A DNA stretch of 64,000 nucleotides. Origin: Lama guanicoe (taxonomy: Eukaryota). The stretch spans positions 6,123,977 through 6,187,976 of the forward strand of contig MU056146.1 of the NCBI GenBank assembly GCA_013239625.1, given 5' to 3'. Made by a program: the position numbers and the translations under genes. Below, one piece after another: positions 39,858 to 53,621 of the stretch. Position 1 is the first letter of the stretch, and each line of letters opens with the position of its first letter. Under the pieces are notes generated by a model, which ran no database searches, had not been told where the DNA came from, and saw only the letters and a list, made by a program, of their open reading frames with translations.

Positions 39858-39971
39858 CTGTCCAAAGAAGGCCACTCGGAAGTACGTCCCCAGGAGCCGG
39901 CGGCCGGTGTGCATGACCTCGGTCACTTTGCTGTAGGCTCGGTGCAGTGTGTCGTACAGATGGGCCAGCCT
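39858..39971 (-). CDS. DOCK9: DOCK9 coding exon ([38 protein letters not shown])
   Basis: ttgcag|AGG ... CAG|gtgagc; 114 nt; DHR-2 YFRVxFxG motif. Confidence 0.96.
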
Positions 39972-40659
39972 CTGCAAAGCACAACAAAACTCATTTCTCC
40001 CCACTTGTAACGAGGTGAATGAATTTTAAAATAACAATGAAATGAGATCATACAGGTAAAAATTTCTTGGATTTGAGTTAAAAAAAATGCATTTTGACTA
40101 CACAACTGGTAGTGATCATTTTCAGCTGGAACATTTCCTATCCAAGGGGCCATCCTGCATATGGAGGACCCATCAGATTTTCACCGTGCAGTAAGCAAAT
40201 TCTGTTTTCAAGTTAACATGAAATGCCAGAGGTGGTAAAGTCCTCTGGTGACGTTTTTCGTCTTTGCTTTTCCCACTCCATTCCGTAGCACATGCTAAGA
40301 GGAACTGGACAGTCTCCCCAAGCCAGAAAGGATGGAAGGGACACTGCTTTTCCAGGCAGGCAGAATAAGGAAGAGTTCTGAGGGAAGAGGCATGTGGTGA
40401 TTATACAACTCAGTTCCTGGCAACCTTTCAAAAGTGCAGTGCCAGAATTCCCCACCCTTGTAGTTTGAGATTTGGGGTCTGTGTAGAGGGGGGCCTGTGT
40501 GTGCAGACACCTGATGGCTCTGAGGGTGGTGACCTCCAGTGCTATGTGGAGGGTCAGAGACCCCTTCCTCATTGAGTGGCCCGCTTACACTCTCTGCACG
40601 TAAGGATGTGTGTCACTCCACGGACACCTCAAAGAGGAAGAAACAAACCACTAAGATAC

Positions 40660-40782
40660 CTCAAAATCCCTCCGCTTCTCGTAGATGGGGATGATGAGCT
40701 TATAGATGTCGGCGATCAGCTCGTAGCGCTCGGCCTTCCAGAGTCCGTCTGCACACTGTTCCAGGAGTTCCATGAGCACGTC
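40660..40782 (-). CDS. DOCK9: DOCK9 coding exon ([41 protein letters not shown])
   Basis: gatcag|GAC ... GAG|gtatct; 123 nt. Confidence 0.96.
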
Positions 40783-43232
40783 CTGATCAAAGAAGAAGGC
40801 CCCCGGCCCGGACAGAGTATTACAGGGAACCTGACATGGCATTCCTCGCAGAAGGCGTAACTTAAGGCTTTTATAGTTGCCTTTTAACATGTTTCTATCC
40901 TCTTTAATACTGTAAATGAAGGGTAGGACCTGTGTATTTTCATTACCAGCCTAATGTCCCATTACAGCATTAATATCTACAGTTTATAGGACCAAAGAAA
41001 ATAAACATTTTCAAAGCTGTTGTGAATCAACTGACCAGAAAATACTACCTAACCGGCTTAAGCAAACCACTTTAAAGCAAGATATTTAATTGCTATGTCA
41101 TATTTACAACACACAAATCATAAAACCATCATCTGTGTGACTGAAATCTGGACCATGCTTATAAAGAGGTATACCAGTTGTCTCATACTTTTTTCGCAGG
41201 TCTCATTAAGTGCAAAGACTAAAGCCAGATATACACAGTAACAATCATTACAGCTATAGACAAAGAAAAAAATCAGTAACTGTTCTAACACCATATCTTT
41301 TCCTTACGTATTTGTATTACAAAGATGCAAGCCCCTCTCACTTTTCTTAGTTTTGTCTCAAATCTTTTCCACTGGAGAATCTATCCAGGTTAATAACAAA
41401 CTTTTAGGATGTTCTCATGCTCCTCTGATTATAAAAAGCTACATAAAAGAAAAGCATAAAAACAAAACTTGTGAAATGTCAGTCTCAATATACTTACTTT
41501 ATCATATTTGTAAAACTGGGAAATGTAATAAGACGTAACCTAATTTTGTAGTTGTGAGGATCAAACAAAATTTTACTCATCAAAATGCTCTGAAAACTAA
41601 ATGTTGTATGTAATTCATAGGCCAGTTAAACAAACCTTTTACTTAAATCATCACTTTTTACTTTGTATTTTTTTAAATGATAATTTATTTCTACTGGGCT
41701 ATGTAATACCCCACCGTGCCACATATATATTTGGTAGTGAAGAATTTCTTGGATGAATGAATCAGTCTGCATTTTTCTTAGTTTTGGAACAATATTACTA
41801 ATAGTTATCCTTCACTGTAGGGAAATTAGTTAAGAGCCCTTTATCAAAGCCTTGCATTTCTTGTGTATCTTAGATCACAGACACTGCCATTGGATATTTA
41901 CTGAGCCTCTTAATTCTCAGTGGTGCTGTGGAACTACAGCAGAGGTGGACGAATTCTGAGGAGACCCAATTTCCTATCAGGGATGAGAATGTTGTACAAC
42001 CAAGGCATTCTCTTGATAATGAAATAGTCCAAAGGCATGGAAATTTATCCATCTTAATGCTGCTCTTAGGCTTACCTTACAGACTACTCATTTGGCCCCT
42101 TCTGTTCTCACTACCGGGCTTTATTCAAAGTATAGTATTGTCCACACTGTGGATATAGATACACAATGATGACACTCTCTTTATTTTGGATGGGATCAAA
42201 GAGACCTAGAGATTCTTAATTCTATGCCACAGCAGTTACAGCACAGTGGGAATCCAGAGTAACTTTAATGTGATCTCAGAGAAAACTGAAAATTCTTCTC
42301 AAAGAGTTAGAAAAGTTCTAATTAGGCACAGTTACTACCACATCATTTAACTTGATTCTTTCATTCATTCACTCACACATTTTGCCAAGAATTTACTATG
42401 TGCATGGCACTGTGTTTGACACTGGGTTTATAAAATAAATCTATATAAATAAATGTTAGTTATCTGTAATTTGTAAAAATGGCTCTATAGATTTTTACTA
42501 AATGTGCAGCGGAGGTTTGGGGTAGTTTATCAGGTTATGTGGTATACATGAAAGTAGCTTTGAGCAGGAGGCCCTCAAAGACACACAGAGGTTATTATCC
42601 TTTGGAGCAGCTAGAGCTGAAGTACCTAGAGACATATGACCACCAGCTGGAGATGTGACATACATGTTAAGATGCTGAGGACACAGAAAACCACAGTGAC
42701 TTCAAATACATGCCAAACTACAAGGCACAAGGGTAAATGCCCTGAACTGAGAGCAGGAGGGATTTACTGACTTAATAGTCAGTGTGTCTCTGGGTGAACA
42801 CTGCAGAGGCCAACAATCCAGTGGAGAGCACTTCCTGCTCTCACAGAGCTGAGGCTAGTGTGGGCCAGACCCACGAAGAGGTTATAAAAGACAGTGGTGA
42901 GCATGCTGATAAAGAGATGCCAGGGGACCAGGGAGGCTGACAGGAGCAGCATCCATCCAGTGGCAGAGATACAGCAGGGCACGGAAAACTGCAGAAAGTG
43001 AAAACTGAGTCCTCGAGATAGTTAGGAGTTAGTGAGGTGAAGCTGAAAGGCGGGAGTAGGAAGGAAGGGAAGGAAGACATTCCAGAGAAAGGGGACAGCA
43101 TGGGCAAAGACACAGGAGTAATGGCAGCATGGTGCGTGAGAAATCTGTAAGTAGTCTGAGGGGTTGGAGTACAAAATCTGAGTGAGACACGGGCAAGAGA
43201 TGAGGCTGGGGAGAGATTAAATACGTAGATTA

Positions 43233-43364
43233 GGGGAGGGTATAGCTCAGTGGTAGAGCACATGCTTGGCATGCACGAGGTCCTGGGTTCAGTCCCTCGT
43301 ACCTCCACTGAAAGAAAAAAATAAATAAAAAACCTAATTACCTCCCCCCTGCAAAAAAAAAAAA
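43233..43364 (+). mobile_element. tRNA-Ala-derived SINE (camelid Vic-1-like)
   Basis: ggggagggtatagctcagtggtagagcacatgcttggcatgcacgaggtcctgggttcagtccc, followed by the acctaattacctccccc tail and poly(A). Confidence 0.9.
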
Positions 43365-45984
43365 TACATACATACATATAGTACATAGCCACATTCAGTT
43401 TTCCATGTCAAAAATAAATTAGCAATTGAATGTAGATAATTTTATAGAGGCATGAAAATGGACACAGACATACATCAACTACCACAAAAAGGGAGTATTA
43501 CACAAGGAAGATGTTACTTGATTTTAAAATGACCTGTCTACCCTCATAAGGCCTCTGTGTATAGCAGCTTTTCATGTATGTATTAAATGTCCTAGATTTC
43601 ATCACTTAACAAATATATGTCAAATAGACTTTATGGGTAATCTCCTGGACCAAACCTAACTGGGAGATTAAGATTTGAATACTGTTTTTACTCTCATTTA
43701 TCAAACTATAAACACATGGAAAGTTTAATAACAGTGAAACCTGAATTCAAGTAGCATTTCAATACTATGGACAACTGAGTTCATTAGGGAAAAATCTGCC
43801 ATATTTGGAACAAAAAGAGGGACTTCAACCAGGGAAACTCCCCAGAGTGGTTGGACAATTAGGAAGGTTTGATAAAGTGAATAGAGCTTAGTAAATAATT
43901 ATGAAATAACGATCACACTGGATGATACATAAGAAATAGGAAGTAACACATCATCAACCTACATACGCTACTGGGCAGTACTTCACCTTCTCTTATGATT
44001 CCGGAGGCATTCTGGATCTGCAGTTTATCAGTCTGAATATCACTTATTATTATAAAAAATGGCAGTAAAAGTGCTATAAAACATAAAGTATATACAGAAT
44101 TTACCCAATCACAAACTAAAAATGGCTTTTATTTTTAAATAGTTAAGTCCTCCTCTCATAAAGTTAGAGTATGCACTACTGAGCATTAAAGCTTAATTTG
44201 GTAAAGTAAATTATTCAAGCTAATATCAACTCTATACCTAGACGCTTACAGCTGGTGCATCAAGTAATAATTCTCTGAATAGAAATAACCAGCAATCACA
44301 GATAGTTAAGGCTGAGAGAACTTATGTCAACACAAAATTATAAAGAGTCATAAAAATGAAGACCTCATAGTAACTAAACATCAGGGCATATATGAATAAT
44401 ATTCTCAACAGAAATTTCATGTATTAATTTACTTCGAATTCTCAGCAATCACCTGAAAACCAGAACTAATACTGACAATGGTCAGATAGTGGTGACCCTG
44501 AAAGGCAGTCATACAGAAAGTCTGATAGTTTCACCACCTTGTTTAAAATCTAAATGCCAAGTTATTGTTTCTAAATTGTCAATACATGAGAAGAAATGTA
44601 CAAGTAATCACTGGTCAGGGGGAAAAAAAGCTCAAAGAACTTTATGCATCTGGAAAGTAGTACAAATTTTATGATGTCAGACTAGTGTTAAAAAGATCTC
44701 AGTACACTAAGCTCATAAGCCATTCAGGAAGCTGTTTAAAATGCTGTCAGCCAGTCATTTTTAAGTGTGCCACAGCGTCGCAAAATGCAACAGAGGGCAC
44801 CAAGCACATGTGTGTGGAGATGGCTCACTAATACTGTGCATGGGCGCATATATGTGTGTACGTGTGCACACATGTGTGTGCATGGATGTGTACAAGAATG
44901 CCTGTATGAGCCTGTGTATGTGCAGGGTATTCTAACATTTAAATGACATTTGCTCCATCTTAGGATGGGTTTGATTTAATCTAACTTTCTCAAGAAGCAG
45001 GCTGTCTGTTACCTATCATTTGGGAATAACTGTCACGATGTGAGTGGGCTCAAGCAACAATGCACATCATGGCATAATTCACATTTCCACTATATTGTTT
45101 CTCAAGATACAGCCGAGGATCCTTTGTAGCAGCATAATCACTGGGGATGCTTGTTAACATACAGATTCCCAGGCACCACACCCACACGGCTGAACATGTG
45201 GATGGGTCGGGGAGGGGTAGTGAGAACGGAAATCCATATTTGTAACAGGAACCTAAGTAATTCTAAGCACACTCAAGCTTGCAGACCACTGCCCTGGCCC
45301 AGAAATTCTGACGTGGGCACCTCAATCACATATCCCTGAGCAGACACATGGCCCATAGCGAGTTTATGGAATGAATCAACGCATGTAAACATAAATATTT
45401 CCAAGTCAACAAAGAACTCAGACAACTTCCAATTCAGATCCTAAGGGACCGTGGTTTAGGTATCTTTCCTCAATGGGAAGAAAGCATCAAAGCAGCGTCA
45501 TGTGCTGGGGCAGGGACCACCTTTGTCTCTCCAGCACAGGGGAGCTTAGGAAATATCTGCAACGTGAAGCAGGGCCACGTGTCTGGTTTGAGCCAAGGAC
45601 AGAGCAATTAGATAAGTTCCATGGCCACGCTCCCTACTAATATCGTTTCGGAGAAACATAAAAGGAAAGATATGTTACATAACTTTTATGGTCCTGAGAG
45701 CATGCTCGGTCAAGGAAAAGTGGATGCTTGACGACTACGGGGTTACTGACAATCACCAAGCTTGGATAAGATGTAAACAGACAAATCCTAGAATGTGTTC
45801 TGTTGAAAACTCTTTCTTAGCATGTTCTGTAGGTATAAACATTTTAGGTTTGTTACTGGCAGCAGTTTCTGAATAGACACAGCTTGGCTAATGTAAGTCA
45901 GACTTGTCTGGTCAATTTCACATATTCACTGTATGAACCGTGACAGTTGTTTTTCTAGGAGACAATAGGTAAGTGGGCCACATA

Positions 45985-46512
45985 CAGTGATCGTCATTGT
46001 TTTATGATCTCAGGTCAACGCAAACACTGAATTTGTGAATACTGAGCCACCCCTCCAAGGGGAAATACAGGCTTAGGTTCCAGAAAACCTCTGGTAACAA
46101 AATTTTTGACAACTGATGAGTATATAACCTTGCTTTATGTGTGTCTGTGTTTAAGGACACCTGATTAAGTACATATTGTTGATTCATTAACATTGCATTC
46201 ATGACCCAGAGCACTGTAACTCCTGCCTGAATGAACCTTATCTAGCAAGTATGTCCTCTGTGAGGCACATCACCACCTTCCTGTGCTCAGCACCTCAGCA
46301 CCATACTTGGGGGCCAGAGAAGGACCCCTGTTCACAGCAGGAGCTGAAACAAGACAAACGAGTGTTGCTGTTCAGCCTTAGCTGGGAATGTCTGGTTCCA
46401 ACTTTTTGCCACTCTATCCTGTCCCCAAAGGACAGGAAAAGTGCCTCAGTGGGTACTGACTTAGGGGTTACAGAGACATTTTAGCAACTGGGCAAATACT
46501 GAGGATGGACTG
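45985..46512 (+). mobile_element. TcMar-Tigger non-autonomous element (MER82-like)
   Basis: ta|cagtgat ... gaggatggactg termini; internal aacactgaatttgtgaatactgag...ggggaaatacagg. Confidence 0.75.
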
Positions 46513-48244
46513 TGTTTTCCATTTCCCCGCTAGAGTCCCTCTTGCCCCATCCTCCCTCGCTCTGTGCTGTGGGGGCCGAGGCACCAGGACCATCGACCTG
46601 CATGCTAGGCTCAGCTGTGGAGGCTAAGCAGGAGGCTGGCGGGCGGGAGGAGAGTGAAGGTGGGGGGCTGCTCACTGTCTCCTCCCTGCCCAGGTGCCCG
46701 AATTGAGGCCCCCTGTCCAAAGCCCACAGGCCCAGGCAGGTGGGCACTCTGTATAGTTTCTCTCTCTCTCCTCCCTCAGCCCACAGGCTGAGGGGTGGCA
46801 AACCAGCTGTTACCAACCTCAAGGGTTCTGCAGTATTCCTCACTGGTTTTCCTAAACCCTGACCAAACTTCTCAAAGTAGCCCCTATCTTAGACTTTCTT
46901 CAATTTCCCAAGTGCGCTATTTCCTTCTGACTGTATGGGATAATGAGGGGGGAATCTCAAAAACACACAAGCTGCATGGAATTTTGACACTATAGGGAAC
47001 TTAGAGTCCTTCCATCTGCATCGGCTCCAATTCGTGAAACAAAATGCAAACAGGAATGGAATGTTTCTCTTTAATCAAAAGCAGCTCGGAGAGAGTCCGC
47101 TCTCAGATCCGTCAGGGGAGATGGACTGCTACCAACAAAAACTCATCTGCGGCCTCCAGCCGGAAGAACTGTGCCTTTTTAGGTAGCGCCTTTAGAATCA
47201 CGTGGGGAGAGCATCTCAGGCATTTAAACACATCTAGCAATGCAGATTAAAAGGGCAGTGCTTTGTTTTTTCTTTTTAAGCTCTTGTTCTACACCTATTC
47301 CTGTCAGCTTTCCCCAAAAGTCCTCTGGCAGAAATAGGTGACTTTCTCTTTTTCTTGAAACATCTTGAGAGCTAAAGCAAAAACTGCACATGGCAATTTC
47401 TATTTTCGTGGCTTCTGGAACACATTATTTTTGGCTAGTTTCCATTTTTATGTGCAGGGCTTACTTGAGACTTTACAACCCCATGTCACATTCTAATCAT
47501 TACATATCGCCATGTACTCCGGACCTTGTTAAAGATTTACCCACTTTATGTTTCAAGGACAGGGTGGAAAATCCATACTCTGAAAATAACTGATAAAGTC
47601 ATCCCTGTCACATGTTCAGTTACCACTCAGAGTGGGTGCCATTCACACATTTCCCTAATCAAGTCCGCCCTTGCTGACAAGGGCTCGTTCCCTGGACTGT
47701 CCAGACGATTCCAGCCTATTACTCAATCTGATGAGGAAACCTGAATTTCACGTTATCAGCCATGAGGACAGGGTACAAGCACTGTTTACTTCCAAATCCT
47801 GAGTCATCCTTGCCATCACTGCTTTCCTTGTCTAAACAAAGTGCTGTACTCTGGGGGACTGAACGGGCAGTGAGCGGACAAGGGTGGTTTCTCCAAGGGG
47901 ACAATGTGTTCAAGCCTCTTCTCAGGGAACAACCCTGTCAAAACTCTCTTTGAAGTGAGGAGTTCAAATCCACGAGCATGTGAGCCCTTCTGCCTGAGGA
48001 ACAGGCTCATGTTTCAGAATAAAAGATAGAATCACCACTGGTCCAGGCATTTCAAGGTGGAGAGACAGCTGAACTGTTAATATCATGTGATAACCAACTG
48101 GTTTTTTTCTCCTTTCCTTCAGGATACTTATTTTTGTTAAAATTATTTTAATATATAAGTATAAAAATCACTCAATATATTATCCTCCTTTCTCATGCCT
48201 GGTTTTTAATTTAGAGGGTTGTTTGAGACTAGACAGTTTTTGGA

Positions 48245-48709
48245 CAGTGGTTCTTAAACCTTTGGGGCTGAAGATCTCTATATATCATAAAAATTGAGAA
48301 TTCTTTAAAAATAGCTGAGAACTTTTCTGCATATGTGTGTTATCTCTCAATATTTACAGTATTAGCAATGGAAACTGAAAAAATGTAAGAAGATTTATTT
48401 ATTAATTTAATTAAACTAACCATAATAAACATATTATGTATTACCAAAAATAACATTTTTAATGAAAAAATAGCATTAAAAATTTAAGGAGAAGAGTGGC
48501 ATTTTTGCAACTCTATGTCTGACTTTGTAGGAGACGCCTGTATTCCTGTCTCTGCTTCCACATTCAATCTCCTCACGATGCCCCTTCGGATGATGTATAC
48601 AAAGAAAATGCAGCCTCACATAGATACTGAATTTCAAAAGTGAGGACCTCAAAGACTCCCTGTAAGGGTCTCAGGGACCCCAGGAGTCCCAGAACTTTGA
48701 GAACTGCTG
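48245..48709 (-). mobile_element. hAT-Charlie deletion derivative (Charlie1-like)
   Basis: Terminal inverted repeats cagtggttcttaaac / ctttgagaactgctg. Confidence 0.75.
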
Positions 48710-49684
48710 ATTCCTCGTCAACGTCACCAAGTATGTTTGTTCCCGGGCACTGCTTACTGGCATGAACGTGACTACAGTCGTAATAGGAACTGCAGGAACT
48801 TGACATCATAAAAACAAGCGTGGCAGGCGGAAGATAGTGGTTCCTTTCTCTGTTCTTTCTCTGCACATGAAGAAACAGAGAACTTTATTTTTCCTTAAAA
48901 GATGGGCAGGATTAAAAAGCTTTCCTTTGACTGTTCCATGTTGCTCTGAGTTGAGGGGAGGCAGGAACACATGACAAAGAGATATTCGTGAAGAGGAAAT
49001 TCCAGGAACCCATGCAGAAAACTGGCATTTGTTCAAATTCCTAGCTTGATTCCAAAACTCCCCAGTTACAGTTAAGTGGTCGCAAGGTGATTCAGTTTTG
49101 GCAAGAAACTTGCAGAAACTGCTGCAATGATCTAAAGTCAGACTTTCTGGTCTCTCTTGGGGGTAGGATAGTGTGGTCTTATCTGCTTATGGTGAGCAGA
49201 CCCCGGGCGACGGCACTCAAGTGGAGGCAGGAACCAGGCCCCCTGCACAGGGGCTGCTCTGCCCCCAGCCCAGTCTGGCCTCTCAAGGATTTGGCTGTTT
49301 GGGGACTCTGGAGAGGTGTCTCGTGTTGGAGACACCGACTGTAAAGACAGATTAAAACAGCAATAAAACTCATGAACCGGAGAAATTAATTGCCGGAAAG
49401 AATGAGAAACTATGGTCAAAATACCAGACCTTTGACCACCAGTGGTCAAGCTCTAAGCCTTACTCACTATTAATTAACTCCTCCAACTTTCTCTCCAGAG
49501 AAAAGGAGGAGTTCCTAGAAAAGGGAATGGCAGAAGCTTTCACTGTTTTGTTTCAGCCTTCCGGAGAATTCGTTATCTCAGAGCGGAGTGTGTCCACAGC
49601 GGCCGCAGAGAGAAAGCCCTCGCTCAGTGCACTGGTGGGCGGACAGCAGCACTCGAGACCCGCGGGCCTCTGGGCAGCACTCAC

Positions 49685-49791
49685 CTCATTGAAGTGGACA
49701 TCCTGCATACCGACGTCCTCCATCATGGAGGCCTCTTCATCGATGTTCGGGGTGATCACCCTGAAGGCTGAGCATCCTTGTCTGAACATGC
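49685..49791 (-). CDS. DOCK9: DOCK9 coding exon ([36 protein letters not shown])
   Basis: ttctag|GC ... GAG|gtgagt; 107 nt, phase 1/0. Confidence 0.96.
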
Positions 49792-50430
49792 CTAGAATTG
49801 AGAGAGCAGGGGAGAGAGCTGGAGTTACTAACCTGAAAGTGGATGACCCCTGAGGGTGCTTCCCGCGCTGTGTGCTCTCGGAGTAAATGGGATCCCTGAT
49901 TCTGAAATCTCCTGTGTTCCAGGCCAGCATTCCCACAGGGAGCTTGGGGGCCACTGGGCTCTTTTCTTCATTCGCTTCCTCATATTTACCCTTCACCTTC
50001 CTCAATTTGTTTCTCTGTCTCAACCCTTTTGATTTTTCACCCACCTTTATTAAAATGTATGCAATCTTCAAATAAACTAAAATAGGTACTGAATCAGATG
50101 AACAGCAAATAACAACAGTCTGATTTGGTAGGATGACCCACGCTCAGACACCAAGAAAAATAAAGAAGCCAAAGCCAATCAAAGAGGGAGACAGACTCAA
50201 ACACGACTGTTTCCTTCCAGCTGTCATCCCACCCACTCTGGCTGGGGTTATCGGCTTAGACCTTGCCCTTCTCCTGTGGGAAGCTGTCCACCAAGATGGA
50301 ACTCAGCAGCCGTGAGCTGACGGGCTGCCTGAGGGGCAAGGAGAGGCCTCTCCTCCCACAGCTGAAGCGCAGCGTGCACACCTCAGGGTGGAGGCACTCT
50401 GATCCTCTGGGGAAGTGGTGGGGGTTGGAA

Positions 50431-50465
50431 CTGGCATAAATACCTGGCATAAATACCTGGCATAA
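50431..50465 (+). repeat. 13-bp tandem repeat (cctggcataaata, ~2.7 copies)
   Basis: ctggcataaatacctggcataaatacctggcataa read directly. Confidence 0.85.
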
Positions 50466-51156
50466 GGACAAACCCCTTAAGCAACAGTGGCCCACTGGGA
50501 ACCTTGACTCATCCAGGAGTCACCGGGAAGAGTTTTATGTCAGTTAGACAATGTCAGCTGAGTAAAAACGATCAAGTGAAGAAGGATCTGAAAAGTCTTC
50601 CTACTCTACTGTGGTCGCTGTTTACATCAAAGCGAAACAAAACAGAAGTCAAAACTTGAATTGAGACCTCCCATGTTGCGGGGGGAAAAGGAACACAGGG
50701 TGTTTTGAAATCAAGTCTTGAAAGACTACGTCATAGATTCCGAGATGTTCCCGCTGCACACAGGGAAGGCTTCCACACCATTCATGAATTGGGTCACATC
50801 TCTGCCACTGTCCTACTTCAGCCTTGGTCTTTTTTTACAGACAGATTCCGCTGTGAAAAGCAGTGGGCGCTTGAGGATACGTGTGTGAACAAAAAGCAAG
50901 ATGATAAAAGCCAGCTACGCATGTTTCTGGCTACGGAGTACATTGCAATACACAGCTCAGCTCTGGTGGAACAGCTACGGTGGTGGCTCAAGTGCTGTCT
51001 TCTCCTTGCCCACAGGGACAGGCTGCACCAAACCAGAGAAGGGAGGAAAAAGAGGGAGGGCCACGTCCATCCAAGTGGGTGAGAGAGGAAACCCCTACAC
51101 CTCTGAGCGTTGCACGGACAGGGCTGCTGGAGCTCTGGGACCCCCCTCGGCTTAGG

Positions 51157-51234
51157 CTGCCCAGCACCTCCTGTGACTGGTGCAGTGCCTGTAGGGGAGG
51201 TGGGGTGGCTCCGGCTGGAGGGACACATCTGCTT
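51157..51234 (-). other. DOCK9: Homologue of the DOCK9 alternative cassette exon (EADVSLQPEPPHLPYRHCTSHRRCWA), donor apparently degenerate
   Basis: Acceptor gtttag|AAGCAG. The in-phase translation resembles the human insert recalled as EAVQWEPPLLPHSHSACLRRSRG. The expected donor position reads GCAG|cctaag, with no GT. Confidence 0.7.
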
Positions 51235-52059
51235 CTAAACACGAGATGTTCTACCTGACAAAAGGTCTCATGCTGGGAGAGAGAATGTGGAGCCCTTCCT
51301 TGATTTCTTTCTCTGATGTATGACAAGCCTAACTCCCTTAAATTCCATTCCAAAAAGCCAGCTGTGCCAGGAAGATAGAAATTCCCTGGCCTTGCCATCT
51401 GTGACTTTATGTTTCCTCACGTTGTGAAGGTCCTCCTTGTTACTAGAGCTGGTGCTGCCCGGCTCCACACACATGCACACAAAATCAGCTTTTCTAAAAC
51501 ACCATGTTCTCGATTCTGAAGTGTTAACTGGTATTTAATCAGAGGAACCGGCAGAGGACTCATGGCCTGCTAATGTGGGAATAAATGCTCACTCCTGCCC
51601 GCTCCTTCCACGGGAACGCAAGGTTTCCGGGCAGCAGGCTGCCTGCTTACACAACAAAGCCAACTGGGCTGTGCTCCAGAAAATATTGTCTGATGACCTC
51701 CTGTTACAGCTGCCTTTTGATTGATAAACACTTCAAGTGGGAACGATCTTAAGGGAAAATTAAGTCTTTTCAGCTTGCGATTGGCCAGTCAGAGGCTCCC
51801 AGATGCAAAGCTCATTAACTAGTTTTTGCAGGATGGGTTATTAGTAAGAGCTTACATGACAACATGCCATCTACTTCTGTTTTGCATTTCAGCAGTTCCT
51901 ACTGAGTCAAGCAAATATCATGTTAGCAAACAAAACAATGAATATAGTGTGTGCACACACACATCCCTCACCTCCAAATCCTTCCGAATGGCTCTCACTC
52001 ATCTTTGCTGCTTTGTACAATTTTATATTTATTTCATAAAACAAAGGAATATTCCTTAC

Positions 52060-52117
52060 CTTTCCGTGTGAGATATTCTGCCACCAGGGCTGTGACATGG
52101 ACATAGCACATTGCTGC
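52060..52117 (-). CDS. DOCK9: DOCK9 coding exon (AAMCYVHVTALVAEYLTRK+G)
   Basis: ttgtag|GCA ... AAAG|gtaagg; 58 nt, ends in phase 1. Confidence 0.96.
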
Positions 52118-53621
52118 CTACAATGAAAGACACAGGCTTCAGAATCACCATTTATAAAGCATGTCACAATGCTCACAGACAGAAATCCAAAGACTACACA
52201 GACTTAGATGAGATCTCAAGGGATCGACTAGTGTTTCTAATGACTGACATTTTGCCTTTTGAAAAAAGTGGAACAATTCACATAAACTGAAATTCTGAAA
52301 TTGCAAATTGAGATGAATAGCAGTAAATTTGCTAAGACTTGTTTCTATTTAAAATTATTAAATTTTACTGTAAAAGATTTTTCAAAAGCATTTTTTCTTA
52401 CTATAGCTAAAATTTCAGCATTATTTTTCTCAAAGGGAAAAGAGGAGCATTTGAAGAAAAGGCACATGCATTCCTAGATTCTGAGAGAAATGCTCACATT
52501 GCAGGGGCTAATATGTTTTTCTCTTGAACTGAAAAAAAAAGATGAAGTTGTAACTTTTTCAAAAAAAGAATTCTCACTGAAAATTACAATTTGGTGTTAA
52601 ACATTATAGACACCTTAAAATGAAACAAAAAATAAAAATAAGCTCTTTTCACCAAGTTGCCATGGTTTATAAAACATCAAAGGTAGCTGTTGGAAATGAA
52701 CCCAATGTAAGGTTCCAATATCTGATCCCTGTTTTTGTCAGAATGATAGAAAAATTACTACCACTAATAGTATGTAATTCATCTTTATTATGTCTAATGT
52801 ATATTTTAGATTAAACTTATGGTCAAATGGAATGCACTTTGCATAATCAATAGGTAAAAACAGTTACATAAATTTTTCAGATGTGGAACATAATTGTACT
52901 GATGTAGGCAATTTGAGAGGTTTAAAGGTAAAAGCACGCTTCCTTGGTAACACAGTTGATCACACCTCCATGTCTTGGGCATGGACCCCGGACATGGACC
53001 CCGTGGCCATCAGCCCATCCTGGGAGCAAGAAAAGAACCTGCCGTACTGCCCATTGGTTCCCTTAACTTCTTGTTTTATAGATGCGTCACTGAGACCTTC
53101 TGTGGCTCGCTGTCCCAGAGTCAAGGAACATCAGATCCGGGATTCAGTCTGTCTCCAGAGCCCACACCCCCAGCTCCGCCTGGACATGGCTACTTTCCTC
53201 TATCACACGCCCAGACGGAAACAGACTGTCTCAAAGAGGAAAAAGCCACACCCTGTCATGACTTTAATAGTAGGAAAATCTAATTTGATCATAACATAGC
53301 TGCATTTTAGCTCTAGAGAGGGGTTTTGATGCAGAAGCTGAGCGCACCTGAATCAGCACGCACCTAGCTGAGCATGGCCGTTTTCTAACAGCTTTCCAAC
53401 AATGCGTGTTTGGGACAGAGATAGCCCCTGACAATGCTGTAAGCTGTGAAAATGCTTAGACGACAATGAAGCAGACCGGAGCCCAACGCTGTTTAAATAC
53501 TACGTATTTTCAATCATCTGCTCTGGATTACTGAGCAATTTTTCTCAAAACTGGCTTCTTTCAGTGAAGGGGGCATAACTAGCTTTCTCAAAAACTGGGA
53601 TGGAGAGGGCTGCAGGGCTAC

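Noticed and set aside
43233-43310. Possible tRNA-Ala gene
   Set aside because: It carries a SINE-specific tail and poly(A), the stems are imperfect, and a second diverged copy has a TSD; it is a SINE.
42841-43392. 183-aa ORF, the longest in the track
   Set aside because: Antisense read-through of a SINE and L2-like sequence; no recognisable protein.
50705-51398. Cluster of overlapping 84-136 aa ORFs
   Set aside because: GC-rich intron sequence; only the 78-nt cassette homologue, in a different frame, has support.
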